Assembly (NCBI GenBank): GCA_048938895.1 | Contig: JBHLLU010000006.1 | Coordinates: forward strand, 32,001 to 96,000 | Direction: 5' to 3' | Source of the DNA: Promethearchaeota archaeon | GTDB taxonomy: Archaea; Asgardarchaeota; Lokiarchaeia; Sigyniarchaeales; SOKP01 | DNA length: 64,000 nt | Shown: one piece after another, positions 50,256-59,278 of the stretch | How the letters are laid out: every line of letters starts with the position of its first letter | Position numbering within the stretch: the first letter of the stretch is position 1 | Translations under genes and position numbers: made by a program | Notes under the pieces: model-generated | The model's input: the letters and a program-made list of their open reading frames with translations, nothing else | Told to the model about the DNA's origin: nothing | The model's database searches: none

Positions 50256-51383
50256 TTAAACATTCTGAATATTTAAGTTCCAATATTTTAATGAAGAAAC
50301 AAGCTCATCTTCCCCAATAAATCCAATAATCTCATTATTATCTTTTTCCCGTACAATTAAGATTTTAGGGGGATTATTAGATTGCCTTAACTGTTTCATT
50401 ACATCTTTTCCTGTACGATTTTGTTCAATATCTGGGATCTCTGAAATATTTCTCATAATATATCCAACAATGTGCCTTGGCCTTTCATTCAGTGAAACCT
50501 TCTTTACGTCAGATACATGTACGACACCTACAACTTTGTCTCCTTGAATAACTGGGAAATAAGATTTCTTATAAGGGATAAAATATTCTCTTACTGCATC
50601 ACTCACAGTCATATTAAATGGAATTTCTAAATCTTTTTTGGGAATATTAAGCATTTCTTTTACACTAATATTAGAAAGCGTATATTCATTAAGTGTTTGA
50701 AAATAAGACTGTTTTGCAGAAGATCTTAAAAAAAATCCCATTAAAATAAGCCAAATTCCACTAACTAATCCAAAAGAAAGCATTTGAAAGATACCATATG
50801 CCATTAAACCGTAACTGAATCCAACACCAATTCTTGAAGCTGATTTAGTAGCAGATATATAATCATCCCTACGTTTCCATAAAAATGCACGGAGAAGTCT
50901 TCCCCCATCAATCGGGAAAGCAGGAAGCAAGTTAAAAAATCCTAATCCGATGTTTGTTATTCCACTATAAAATAAGATCACTGTAATTATAGTAGGCATT
51001 GAAATGGGGGAATAATATAGAACTAAGAAAATAATACCAATTAGTAAGCTAGAAAGTGGTCCTACAGCGGCAATTAACAATTCAGCCTTCGGTGATTTTG
51101 GTTCCTCTTCAATTTTAGAAACACCTCCAAAGAAATAGAGATCAATTTCAGAAACAATTAATCCTTTTCTTTGGGCTAGAATTGAATGACTTAATTCATG
51201 TATCAGAATAGAAATTAGAATTATTACACCACTGATGAGACCTACTAAGAAAAGCTCAAGAAATGAACTAGTTGGTACGATTGAAATATAGAAACTTGCC
51301 GCATAAAACCCAATTAATACAACGATCAATAGAGTTGATAAATGTATTCTTATTTCGATTCCTTTTATTTTTGCGATTTTCAC
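50256..51383 (-). CDS. Site-2 protease (M50) with CBS domains
   Basis: HELSH, AGP-like AAVGP, NLLPAFPIDGGR; two C-terminal CBS repeats. Confidence 0.93.
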   Translation of the reverse strand: MKIAKIKGIEIRIHLSTLLIVVLIGFYAASFYISIVPTSSFLELFLVGLISGVIILISILIHELSHSILAQRKGLIVSEIDLYFFGGVSKIEEEPKSPKAELLIAAVGPLSSLLIGIIFLVLYYSPISMPTIITVILFYSGITNIGLGFFNLLPAFPIDGGRLLRAFLWKRRDDYISATKSASRIGVGFSYGLMAYGIFQMLSFGLVSGIWLILMGFFLRSSAKQSYFQTLNEYTLSNISVKEMLNIPKKDLEIPFNMTVSDAVREYFIPYKKSYFPVIQGDKVVGVVHVSDVKKVSLNERPRHIVGYIMRNISEIPDIEQNRTGKDVMKQLRQSNNPPKILIVREKDNNEIIGFIGEDELVSSLKYWNLNIQNV

Positions 51384-51726
51384 AATTTTACCTCTGATTA
51401 TAGTATGAGAAATTACAAATTAATTTCTAGTGTTTATTAAAAGAAACAATTTTCCACAATTTATTATATAACAGAAAACAGATCGTAGAAAATTCTTAAA
51501 TTTTAAAAAGTCTAAAAATCATTGATGTTGATATTTTAATCAATATTAATATGGATTACGAATATTAAATTTAGTGAATTTGATAATAGTAAATATTAAT
51601 GTGCATCAACGATGTTTATTTTCTAAGATATGAAATATTAAAGATTAAAAAAAAATGTTGCATTACAAAAATTACTATTAACTATAAAAAATCTAATTGA
51701 AAATTTAAAAAAGTTGAGAAATAAAG

Positions 51727-52899
51727 ATGGTAGATATAAAAAATGTAGTTGTTGTTGGTGCGGGTCAAATGGGTCATGGTATTGCCCAAATGTCATTACT
51801 AGCAGGATATAATGTTACACTTGTAGATATAAAAGATGAATTTGTAAATAATGGTTGGAACAAAATAGATGAGGGAATGAAAAAACTTGAAACTAAAGGG
51901 AGTTTACCTGAAGGCGCAACTGCAGCAAGTCTAATGGCAAATTGTAAAAAATCTACTGATTTAGCTTCTTCTGTCAAAGATGCAGATATCATGATAGAAG
52001 CTGTAGTTGAAAAAATGGATGTTAAAAAAGATGTGTTTAAAACAGCTGGAGAAAATGCTCCTGATCAGTGTATTCTAGCCTCAAACACATCAACAATGAG
52101 TATCACTGAGATAGGAAAAGATTCAGGGAGACCAGATAAGTGTATCGGAATGCACTTTTTCAATCCAGTTCCACTTATGCGCCTAATTGAAGTGATCCAT
52201 AGTGATCATTCGTCTGATGAGAGTGTGAATAAAGGTATCGAATTTGCAGAATCCATTCCCTGTCTTAGGGGAAAAAGATATGTACCAGAAGTTTTAAAAG
52301 ATAGACCTGGATTTATTTGCAACAGAGTGACTGCTCCTGCTCAAATTTATGAAAATTATGTATTTGATAAAGCTAAGGCAGAAGGATTTACTTGGGAACA
52401 GCTTGATAATGATGCACGAGGTGGACCAATGCCACCAACAGTTTTAGCAGACTACGTTGGAATCGATGTGTTATATCATGGACAGATATATTATTCTCAA
52501 ACTCTTTCTCCTGACTTTGCACCAGGAAAAGTAATTACTAAGTTATTTAACGAAGGAAACCTCGGAGCTAAAACGGGTCAGGGCTTTAATGATTGGAGCA
52601 AAGGAAGACCTACACGAGATAAGGCTGCAGGAAAAGCAAGATTATATAAATTGAAATATCCACTAGCAATTATGTTAAATGAAGCTTGCCGTGTATTAGA
52701 GGAGGGAATAACAAAAAGCTATAAAGTTATCGACGACACATTAATGGCTGGAATGAATATGCCGGGACCTATGGCGCCTAATGTGAATACATGGCAAAAA
52801 CAAGTCGAAGTTTTAGAAGAACTTATTGAATTAACAGGTAAAGAATATTTCAAACCATGTGAACTCTTGAGAAGTGGTAAGTGGGTAGAGTGTAAATAA
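51727..52899 (+). CDS. 3-hydroxyacyl-CoA dehydrogenase
   Basis: GAGQMGHGIA, EAVVE, ASNTS, GMHFFNP, PGFICNR, GAKTGQGF. Confidence 0.93.
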   Translation: MVDIKNVVVVGAGQMGHGIAQMSLLAGYNVTLVDIKDEFVNNGWNKIDEGMKKLETKGSLPEGATAASLMANCKKSTDLASSVKDADIMIEAVVEKMDVKKDVFKTAGENAPDQCILASNTSTMSITEIGKDSGRPDKCIGMHFFNPVPLMRLIEVIHSDHSSDESVNKGIEFAESIPCLRGKRYVPEVLKDRPGFICNRVTAPAQIYENYVFDKAKAEGFTWEQLDNDARGGPMPPTVLADYVGIDVLYHGQIYYSQTLSPDFAPGKVITKLFNEGNLGAKTGQGFNDWSKGRPTRDKAAGKARLYKLKYPLAIMLNEACRVLEEGITKSYKVIDDTLMAGMNMPGPMAPNVNTWQKQVEVLEELIELTGKEYFKPCELLRSGKWVECK

Positions 52900-53073
52900 T
52901 ATTTCTAATAAATTCTTTTTATTTCTTTAATTTTTTTCATAATTTCTTAAAATCAATCAATTTTAATCTGGGAAAAAACCTTTTGAAAATTTTTAATTTG
53001 TTAAAAAATAATACTAATTATCTATAGATTTAGAAATTTAAGAAGAAACTAATTATAAAAAAATTGAATTAAA

Positions 53074-53904
53074 ATGTCAGAAAAAGAATTTAAAGATGTT
53101 TTAGTGGAAAAGAATGAAGAAGGGAATTATGTTGTTATTTCTATAAATAGACCAGACAAATTAAATGCTCTTACGACAGACACATTGAGAGAGATCTATG
53201 AGGCTATGGAACAATTTGAAACCGATAGTAATGTTAGATGTATAGTTCTCAGAGGAACGAAAAACGTAACAAAGAAAGCGGCATTTTCTTCAGGAGCAGA
53301 TTTAGCTGCTGGTATGGGAAAAGGGTTAAAGATGAATATCCCCGCTCATATGGTTTTAGCTATGCAACAGAAACATAGATACTATACATTAATTGAAGAA
53401 TTTCCAAAACCTGTTATTGCAGCAGTAGATGGATATGCTTTTGGTGGTGGATGTGAATTATCTTTAGTTTGTGATATAATCATTGCTACAAGAAGATCAT
53501 TCTTCGGTTTTCCTGAAATAGCAAGGGGTATTTTTCCTGGAAATGGTGGGACTCAAAGAATGGTTCGACACATAGGGTTAGCAAGAGCTTTGAAAATGTG
53601 TTATTTTGGGGATCGTGAATCTGCTGAAACAATGTTTGAATGGGGTTATGTTAGTTTTCTGTGTAATGATGGAGATGAGTTTGAGAATCTTATTCATGAA
53701 AAAGCATCATTTTTAGGTCATTATCCTACGACCGCATTATTCTGTATCAAGAAAGCAGTGAAATTCGGATCACAAGCAGCTTTAAATGTAGGAAACACTC
53801 TTGAAATGATGGGTTTTGGTATAAATTCTGCATCGAAGGATGTTAATGAAGGAATTACGGCATTTCTACAAAAGAGAGAGCCTAAATTCACTGGTGGGAT
53901 GTAA
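53074..53904 (+). CDS. Enoyl-CoA hydratase/isomerase
   Basis: NRPDKLNAL, AFSSGADL, GGGCEL, FPE. Confidence 0.93.
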   Translation: MSEKEFKDVLVEKNEEGNYVVISINRPDKLNALTTDTLREIYEAMEQFETDSNVRCIVLRGTKNVTKKAAFSSGADLAAGMGKGLKMNIPAHMVLAMQQKHRYYTLIEEFPKPVIAAVDGYAFGGGCELSLVCDIIIATRRSFFGFPEIARGIFPGNGGTQRMVRHIGLARALKMCYFGDRESAETMFEWGYVSFLCNDGDEFENLIHEKASFLGHYPTTALFCIKKAVKFGSQAALNVGNTLEMMGFGINSASKDVNEGITAFLQKREPKFTGGM

Positions 53905-53907
53905 TAA

Positions 53908-53940
53908 TTATCTTTTTTTATTTTTTTTAATTATTTTCTT
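53908..53940 (+). terminator. Oligo-T tract, probable archaeal intrinsic terminator
   Basis: ttatcttttttta ttttttttaa immediately after the stop codon. Confidence 0.45.
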
Positions 53941-54038
53941 AGAAATTGTTGTAATATCCAGATTGACTAATTTCACCTTGGTTAATTTTAAATAAATCTT
54001 AATATAAATTTTCCAAAAGTACTCTAAGTGTATTTAAA

Positions 54039-54944
54039 TTGAAATCTACAATAAAATCAAGAATATTTGTTATCACCCTCTTTAGCACATGTTTTGCTTT
54101 ATTCACTATTGAAAATTTGGAGATAGATAAAAGTAATGATTTTAAGAATGAATCTTTTAAAATTTCCGCTATTTCTGGAAAAATTCACATTAATAACAAT
54201 TGGACAGAAACTAAAGCTGCAGGAATATGTACGGGGGAAGGAATTGAATCTGATCCATACGTTATCGAGGATCTAATAATAGATGCAGGTGGTTCGGGTA
54301 GCAATATTTTAATTGTAAACTCTATAGAATATTTTAGAATTGAAAATTGTACTTTATCAAATTGCGGGAGTGATTTCTATGATGCAGGCATTGAATTAAT
54401 ATCAGTTGATAATGCTGAGTTGGTGGGAAACCAGTTTTCAAATCCTGATGGTTTTGGAATAATTTTAAACGGAAGTAATAGTAATATCATTAGAGAGAAT
54501 TTCATAACTGCTAAAAGGGGTATTTCAGTCCGTTTTTCTAACGATAACCGGATATATCTAAATAATCTTCAAAATCCTATTTTTAATGCTGAACAACACA
54601 ATTCTACTGGGAATAAATGGAGCACTCCTAAAAAAATGAAATACATCTATAACAGTAGAACTTTTACAAAACACCTAGGAAATTATTGGAGTGGTATTGG
54701 CTTAACTGATAATAATAATGATGGAATTGGCGATACTCCTGTGATTTTTGATCAGCATCTACCTTCCTCAGAATGGCAATACATTGATTATCATCCACTA
54801 ATAGCTTCTCTGCCAAATTATGATATTTTAGGAGAGTCTTCTAAAACTACAATTTTAGGTTATGATCTGATTTTAGTTATTGGAGTAATTAGTATAATTA
54901 CATATGCAATTCTAAATGGATTAAGAAATCGACTAAAGCTATAA
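54039..54944 (+). CDS. Secreted right-handed beta-helix (NosD/CASH) protein with Loki-CTERM-like anchor
   Basis: Signal peptide, DPYVIEDLII, parallel beta-helix repeats, GNYWS...DGIGDTP, C-terminal ILGY + TM + basic tail. Confidence 0.82.
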   Translation: MKSTIKSRIFVITLFSTCFALFTIENLEIDKSNDFKNESFKISAISGKIHINNNWTETKAAGICTGEGIESDPYVIEDLIIDAGGSGSNILIVNSIEYFRIENCTLSNCGSDFYDAGIELISVDNAELVGNQFSNPDGFGIILNGSNSNIIRENFITAKRGISVRFSNDNRIYLNNLQNPIFNAEQHNSTGNKWSTPKKMKYIYNSRTFTKHLGNYWSGIGLTDNNNDGIGDTPVIFDQHLPSSEWQYIDYHPLIASLPNYDILGESSKTTILGYDLILVIGVISIITYAILNGLRNRLKL

Positions 54945-55044
54945 ATCGATTAATTCTTAAATTCCCTTTTTTTCCTTTTTTTACTCAACTATTTATTAAA
55001 TCATATCCTTAATATAAAAGATAATCAATATTAATCCTACAATT

Positions 55045-55599
55045 ATGATTTTTGATATTGAAGTAATAGAAGAAATTAATGATAAAGATCTTTATCTTAG
55101 AAAAGTAGCAAAAAACGATGCTGAATTCCTTTTTTATAGTTTAAATAACAAAAATTTAATTTCATATTTATCATTAGGACCTTTAAAAACAATAGAAGAA
55201 TCTAAAAGGCTTATTAAGCAATATTTGAAATATTGGGAACGATATGCTCAATTTAATTATATAATAGAATTGAGAGATCCTCACATTTCAAAGATCGGTT
55301 CTATTAGCCTCTGGAATATGAACTGGAGACATGAAAGAGCAGAGATTGGGATATGGTTAAACCCATCAGATTGGAATAAAGGTTATGGTAAAACTGCTTT
55401 AAATTTGGTAAAAATAATTGCATTTAATCATTTGAAACTCAATAGAATTGAAGCTCATATCGCTATTGACAATAAAAATTCTATACACCTTTTCCAAAAA
55501 TGCGGATTTATACAAGAAGGAATATTAAAAAGCTATTTGAAGTTACATGAAATATTCCATGATGCGTTAGTGCTCGCTTGTCTTAAATTAAATTTTTGA
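55045..55599 (+). CDS. GNAT N-acetyltransferase (RimJ/RimL family)
   Basis: AEIGIWL, WNKGYG, NKNSIHLFQKCGFIQEG. Confidence 0.9.
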   Translation: MIFDIEVIEEINDKDLYLRKVAKNDAEFLFYSLNNKNLISYLSLGPLKTIEESKRLIKQYLKYWERYAQFNYIIELRDPHISKIGSISLWNMNWRHERAEIGIWLNPSDWNKGYGKTALNLVKIIAFNHLKLNRIEAHIAIDNKNSIHLFQKCGFIQEGILKSYLKLHEIFHDALVLACLKLNF

Positions 55600-55634
55600 A
55601 GTAAATAAAAATTTGAAAATAAAATGAAAATCCG

Positions 55635-58600
55635 CTAATATTTTTTTTCTGAATCTGCTATCAATTTATCTAATTCTTCTTTCTGTTCTAAAGATTTCTT
55701 AATCAACTGATCTTGCTCAAATTCTTTCTCTACTGATGTTGTTGATTTAACTTTTGAGATCTCCTCTTCCCTAGGTTCAGCAGATTTTTGTTTATAATAA
55801 GAGGAAGTACTAGCTGTACTTCTTCGAAACGATCCCTTAAATGCTAGTTCTCGATTTAAGATAGGGATGTTTGGCGATCTTTTCCTTCTTAACGACTTTC
55901 TATATTTCCTTACCTTTCTTACTGGTTTTGGATATTTAAGAATTCTTCGATAATAGAATATATAGGTACCCAAAATTACAATTCCAATCAAACTGAGGAT
56001 AAGTAATATTTGAAATAAAAGAGTTTGTTCAAAGGGAATGATAACTGTATAAGAAATCCATAAAACTACATTATCAATCGAAACTTCAATAACATCACTT
56101 AATCCAAACTCATCAGCAAGAAAAATAACTATGGTAACGTTAATTTTTTCATTGATAGGAACGATTTTTGTGAGATCAAATCCATCAGCTTTTATAGGTT
56201 TAAAAGAAGGACCAAGATTGCTTAGTTTGATTGTTTCATTGTGTACTTGATCATTGATCATAAACTTAAACTCAGAGTTAGGTGATAAGCTTGTAGGCCA
56301 GCTTGTGTTTACCATACAATCTAAAGAAAGTAAAGCTTCTGAAATTTTAATTTTATTACTTCCCTCACTAAGCTCATCTCCCTTATATTTCCAAGAGATC
56401 GAAGTAAATTGATCAATAATTTTCTCATAGGATATTGTTAAAGTTAAATTTTTAATCCATAACCCATTCCAAAAATCTCTATCCATTGCATATACACTAT
56501 CTTCGCACCAAATGGACATACCCAAAGTGAGAGCAAATTCTCGACTATTCTTCTCAAATGCTTGATTTAGATAGAAAATGAGAGATTCTTCAGTAAGAGG
56601 GGTGATTTCAGTATCATTTAATTCTGTTATTGAAGGTGGTCCATCTTTACCCAGTTCAGTAGTTTGATAATGAACAGCCTCGAATTCTCTTTCATGGTTT
56701 AAATCAGAAACTATAACAAAGTAGCGAGCAAAATCTCCTGTAGCCATTCGAAGAATACCACTACTGACATCTGTGTCTCCAGGTCTATCGATACCTCCTA
56801 AATCGGCATCTTGATCTTCTACAGTTCCATTTATCCATACCTCGAGAGAAGCAGATGTTACTTGATAGTCAGACATATCAACATCCATCGTAAAATTTTT
56901 TTGCCATTGAGCCTTAACCGATTGATTTAACACATTATCTATGTAACGATGTCTTACATACCATCCATCGCTTCTCATTTCGTCTATTTCAGGAACAGGT
57001 ACTCCATCTGTATTTTCAATCCTACTCCACTCTCCACTCAAAGGATTATTTTCAATCCATTGTTGAATCCCACTATGGCCTAATATTTTAAAATTTGCTG
57101 CACTGTTATCTATAGAGGCATTAACATCAGTTGCATCACCATTATACTCATAATCCCATCCATCTATGCTACTAAAATCTGAGTTTTCAATCCATTGCGC
57201 ATTCTTTGATTCCCTTGTCCAGAATGCTGGTGTTCCTTGAGATAACGTAGGGTTATTCAGATTAGTTGAATTTTGTATTGAAATGGATTCTACAGGAAAA
57301 TTTGAAAATAGCATGGGTATTAAAAATCCAAAAATTACGAAAATTAGAAGTAACATAGTTTTTGTTGATATGTTTGGCTTTCCACTACTTTTTGGAATGC
57401 CTTTGGTAGATTTGCTATTAGCTGCTAATGTTTTTGATGGTTTACCACTTAAATAACTTGAAGTGTTTCCTACTTCCTTTTTAAATTGCCTCTTAAACGC
57501 TGTCTCTCGATTTTTAATTGATATCATTGGCGGATTTGATTTATTCAAGGATCTTCTATATTTTCTAACTTTTCTCACAATTCGTGGATATTTTAAAACT
57601 CGTTGATAATATATGAAATAAACAGCTAATCCCCCCGCGATAATTAAACTGACTATAAGTAAGATTAGGAATAGATTGCTTTCACTAGTAAGAGTATAAT
57701 AATCATAAGAGACAGCAAGAATTACATTGTCAATTACAATATCATATGCTTCACCTAATCCAAACTCATCTGCAAGAGAAACTTGAATTGACAAGTTGAT
57801 TACTTCATCTATTGGGATTAATTTTGTAACATCTAAACCCCCTTCTTTAACCTTTTTAAAATTTATATCAAGATTGCTTAATTTAAAAGTTTCAGAATAT
57901 TCCTGATTATTAATAAATATTTTAAATTCAGAGTTAGGAGATAGATTTGAAGGCCAAGATTGATTAATTTTGTAATCGAAGTTTAAGATTGCTTCATTCA
58001 ATTCAACAATACCCTCACCACTTTCAATATCATCTCCTTGATATTTCCATGATGCTGATGTAAGTTGATCAATTTTTTTTATATAGGAGATATTGAAATC
58101 GCAGGTTTTAATGAAAATATCTTCAAATATATCCATATCGGAACCGATGTTATCCTCACAATTAATCTCAACCCCCACGCTTATAGTAAAGTTTTGATAA
58201 TCATATTTTAGGACTTGATTCAGATAAAAAATTAAATCTTCCATTTTCTCAGGTTCAAAAATAGTATCTGTAATATTATCATATGAATTTTGACCTATAT
58301 CCGTCCCGAGACCTTCGGGTTTGAATTCTGCAACTCTATAATTTACATTTTTTTGTACATCTGATAAAACGACATAAAATTTAAGGTAATCTCCTTCTCC
58401 AAAATAAGTGGAATAATAGTCTCCAGGGACTTCAATTCCCCCCCAAGGATAAGGAGGTGTATATGGATCTTTACCATCTCCTGGATATGCTCTTACTGTA
58501 GCGTTAACCTTAATTTTCAGAGATGCAGATGTTATAATATAATCAGATATATTCTGGAGTAGAGTAACATTTTTATCCCATTGTATAGATACTTTTTGAA

Positions 58601-59087
58601 ATGGATTCAAGGGTGTACCTGAAGATTCATTCCATATATGTGCTGTCCAACATCCTTCTTTAGTAATATTATGAAGTGGTTGAGATGCAATCCTCCTAGG
58701 GTAAACAGGAATTAGTGGATTGGTTGAATTTATCCATCCAGGAGATGATATTGAATTATTTATAGTTCCAGAGACGATTTCATAATTAGTAACTTGTTGT
58801 CCCTGAATAATATAATGACCTTCCTCATTTTGAATAAATGATGTAATATCACTAATATCACCTTGGTATTCTTGTATCCAATTATCACTTGTAGAAAAAT
58901 TTGGGTTTTCAACTAATTGAAAGTTGAAAGTCTGTTTTTTCCATTTATCAGCTGAGATGTTGGGATATGGTTCATTTTCGTCAAAGATCACATGTTTTGA
59001 TGGGTTTTGGGTAGAAAGTAGTAATAAAATAATCGTGAAAATGATAATTGAAAGAATCTTTATAGTTTTATTATTTTTTGACTTCAA
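55635..59087 (-). CDS. Large membrane protein made of two homologous ectodomain-TM-cytoplasmic modules
   Basis: SPNSEFK..IN, LADEFGL, CED and LKYPxxVRKVRKYR each occur twice; 4 hydrophobic helices. Confidence 0.85.
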   Translation of the reverse strand: MKSKNNKTIKILSIIIFTIILLLLSTQNPSKHVIFDENEPYPNISADKWKKQTFNFQLVENPNFSTSDNWIQEYQGDISDITSFIQNEEGHYIIQGQQVTNYEIVSGTINNSISSPGWINSTNPLIPVYPRRIASQPLHNITKEGCWTAHIWNESSGTPLNPFQKVSIQWDKNVTLLQNISDYIITSASLKIKVNATVRAYPGDGKDPYTPPYPWGGIEVPGDYYSTYFGEGDYLKFYVVLSDVQKNVNYRVAEFKPEGLGTDIGQNSYDNITDTIFEPEKMEDLIFYLNQVLKYDYQNFTISVGVEINCEDNIGSDMDIFEDIFIKTCDFNISYIKKIDQLTSASWKYQGDDIESGEGIVELNEAILNFDYKINQSWPSNLSPNSEFKIFINNQEYSETFKLSNLDINFKKVKEGGLDVTKLIPIDEVINLSIQVSLADEFGLGEAYDIVIDNVILAVSYDYYTLTSESNLFLILLIVSLIIAGGLAVYFIYYQRVLKYPRIVRKVRKYRRSLNKSNPPMISIKNRETAFKRQFKKEVGNTSSYLSGKPSKTLAANSKSTKGIPKSSGKPNISTKTMLLLIFVIFGFLIPMLFSNFPVESISIQNSTNLNNPTLSQGTPAFWTRESKNAQWIENSDFSSIDGWDYEYNGDATDVNASIDNSAANFKILGHSGIQQWIENNPLSGEWSRIENTDGVPVPEIDEMRSDGWYVRHRYIDNVLNQSVKAQWQKNFTMDVDMSDYQVTSASLEVWINGTVEDQDADLGGIDRPGDTDVSSGILRMATGDFARYFVIVSDLNHEREFEAVHYQTTELGKDGPPSITELNDTEITPLTEESLIFYLNQAFEKNSREFALTLGMSIWCEDSVYAMDRDFWNGLWIKNLTLTISYEKIIDQFTSISWKYKGDELSEGSNKIKISEALLSLDCMVNTSWPTSLSPNSEFKFMINDQVHNETIKLSNLGPSFKPIKADGFDLTKIVPINEKINVTIVIFLADEFGLSDVIEVSIDNVVLWISYTVIIPFEQTLLFQILLILSLIGIVILGTYIFYYRRILKYPKPVRKVRKYRKSLRRKRSPNIPILNRELAFKGSFRRSTASTSSYYKQKSAEPREEEISKVKSTTSVEKEFEQDQLIKKSLEQKEELDKLIADSEKKY

Positions 59088-59278
59088 AGTTAATCAAATC
59101 ATCTAATTTAGATAATATTTTATGATATTCGATATTCTTAATTAAATAAGTTACTTAAGTCGTTATTATTTATAATATCTAAGGTGTTTACCACTAATAA
59201 AGAATATATCCCAAGTACTCTTAGATCTCATTAACAAATAAAATTCTGATAAAAAATAAAACAAAAATAAATTTCTGA

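Noticed and set aside
51384-51726. Repeated AATATTAA motifs in the divergent intergenic region
   Set aside because: Expected by chance in such AT-rich DNA, and the spacing is irregular.
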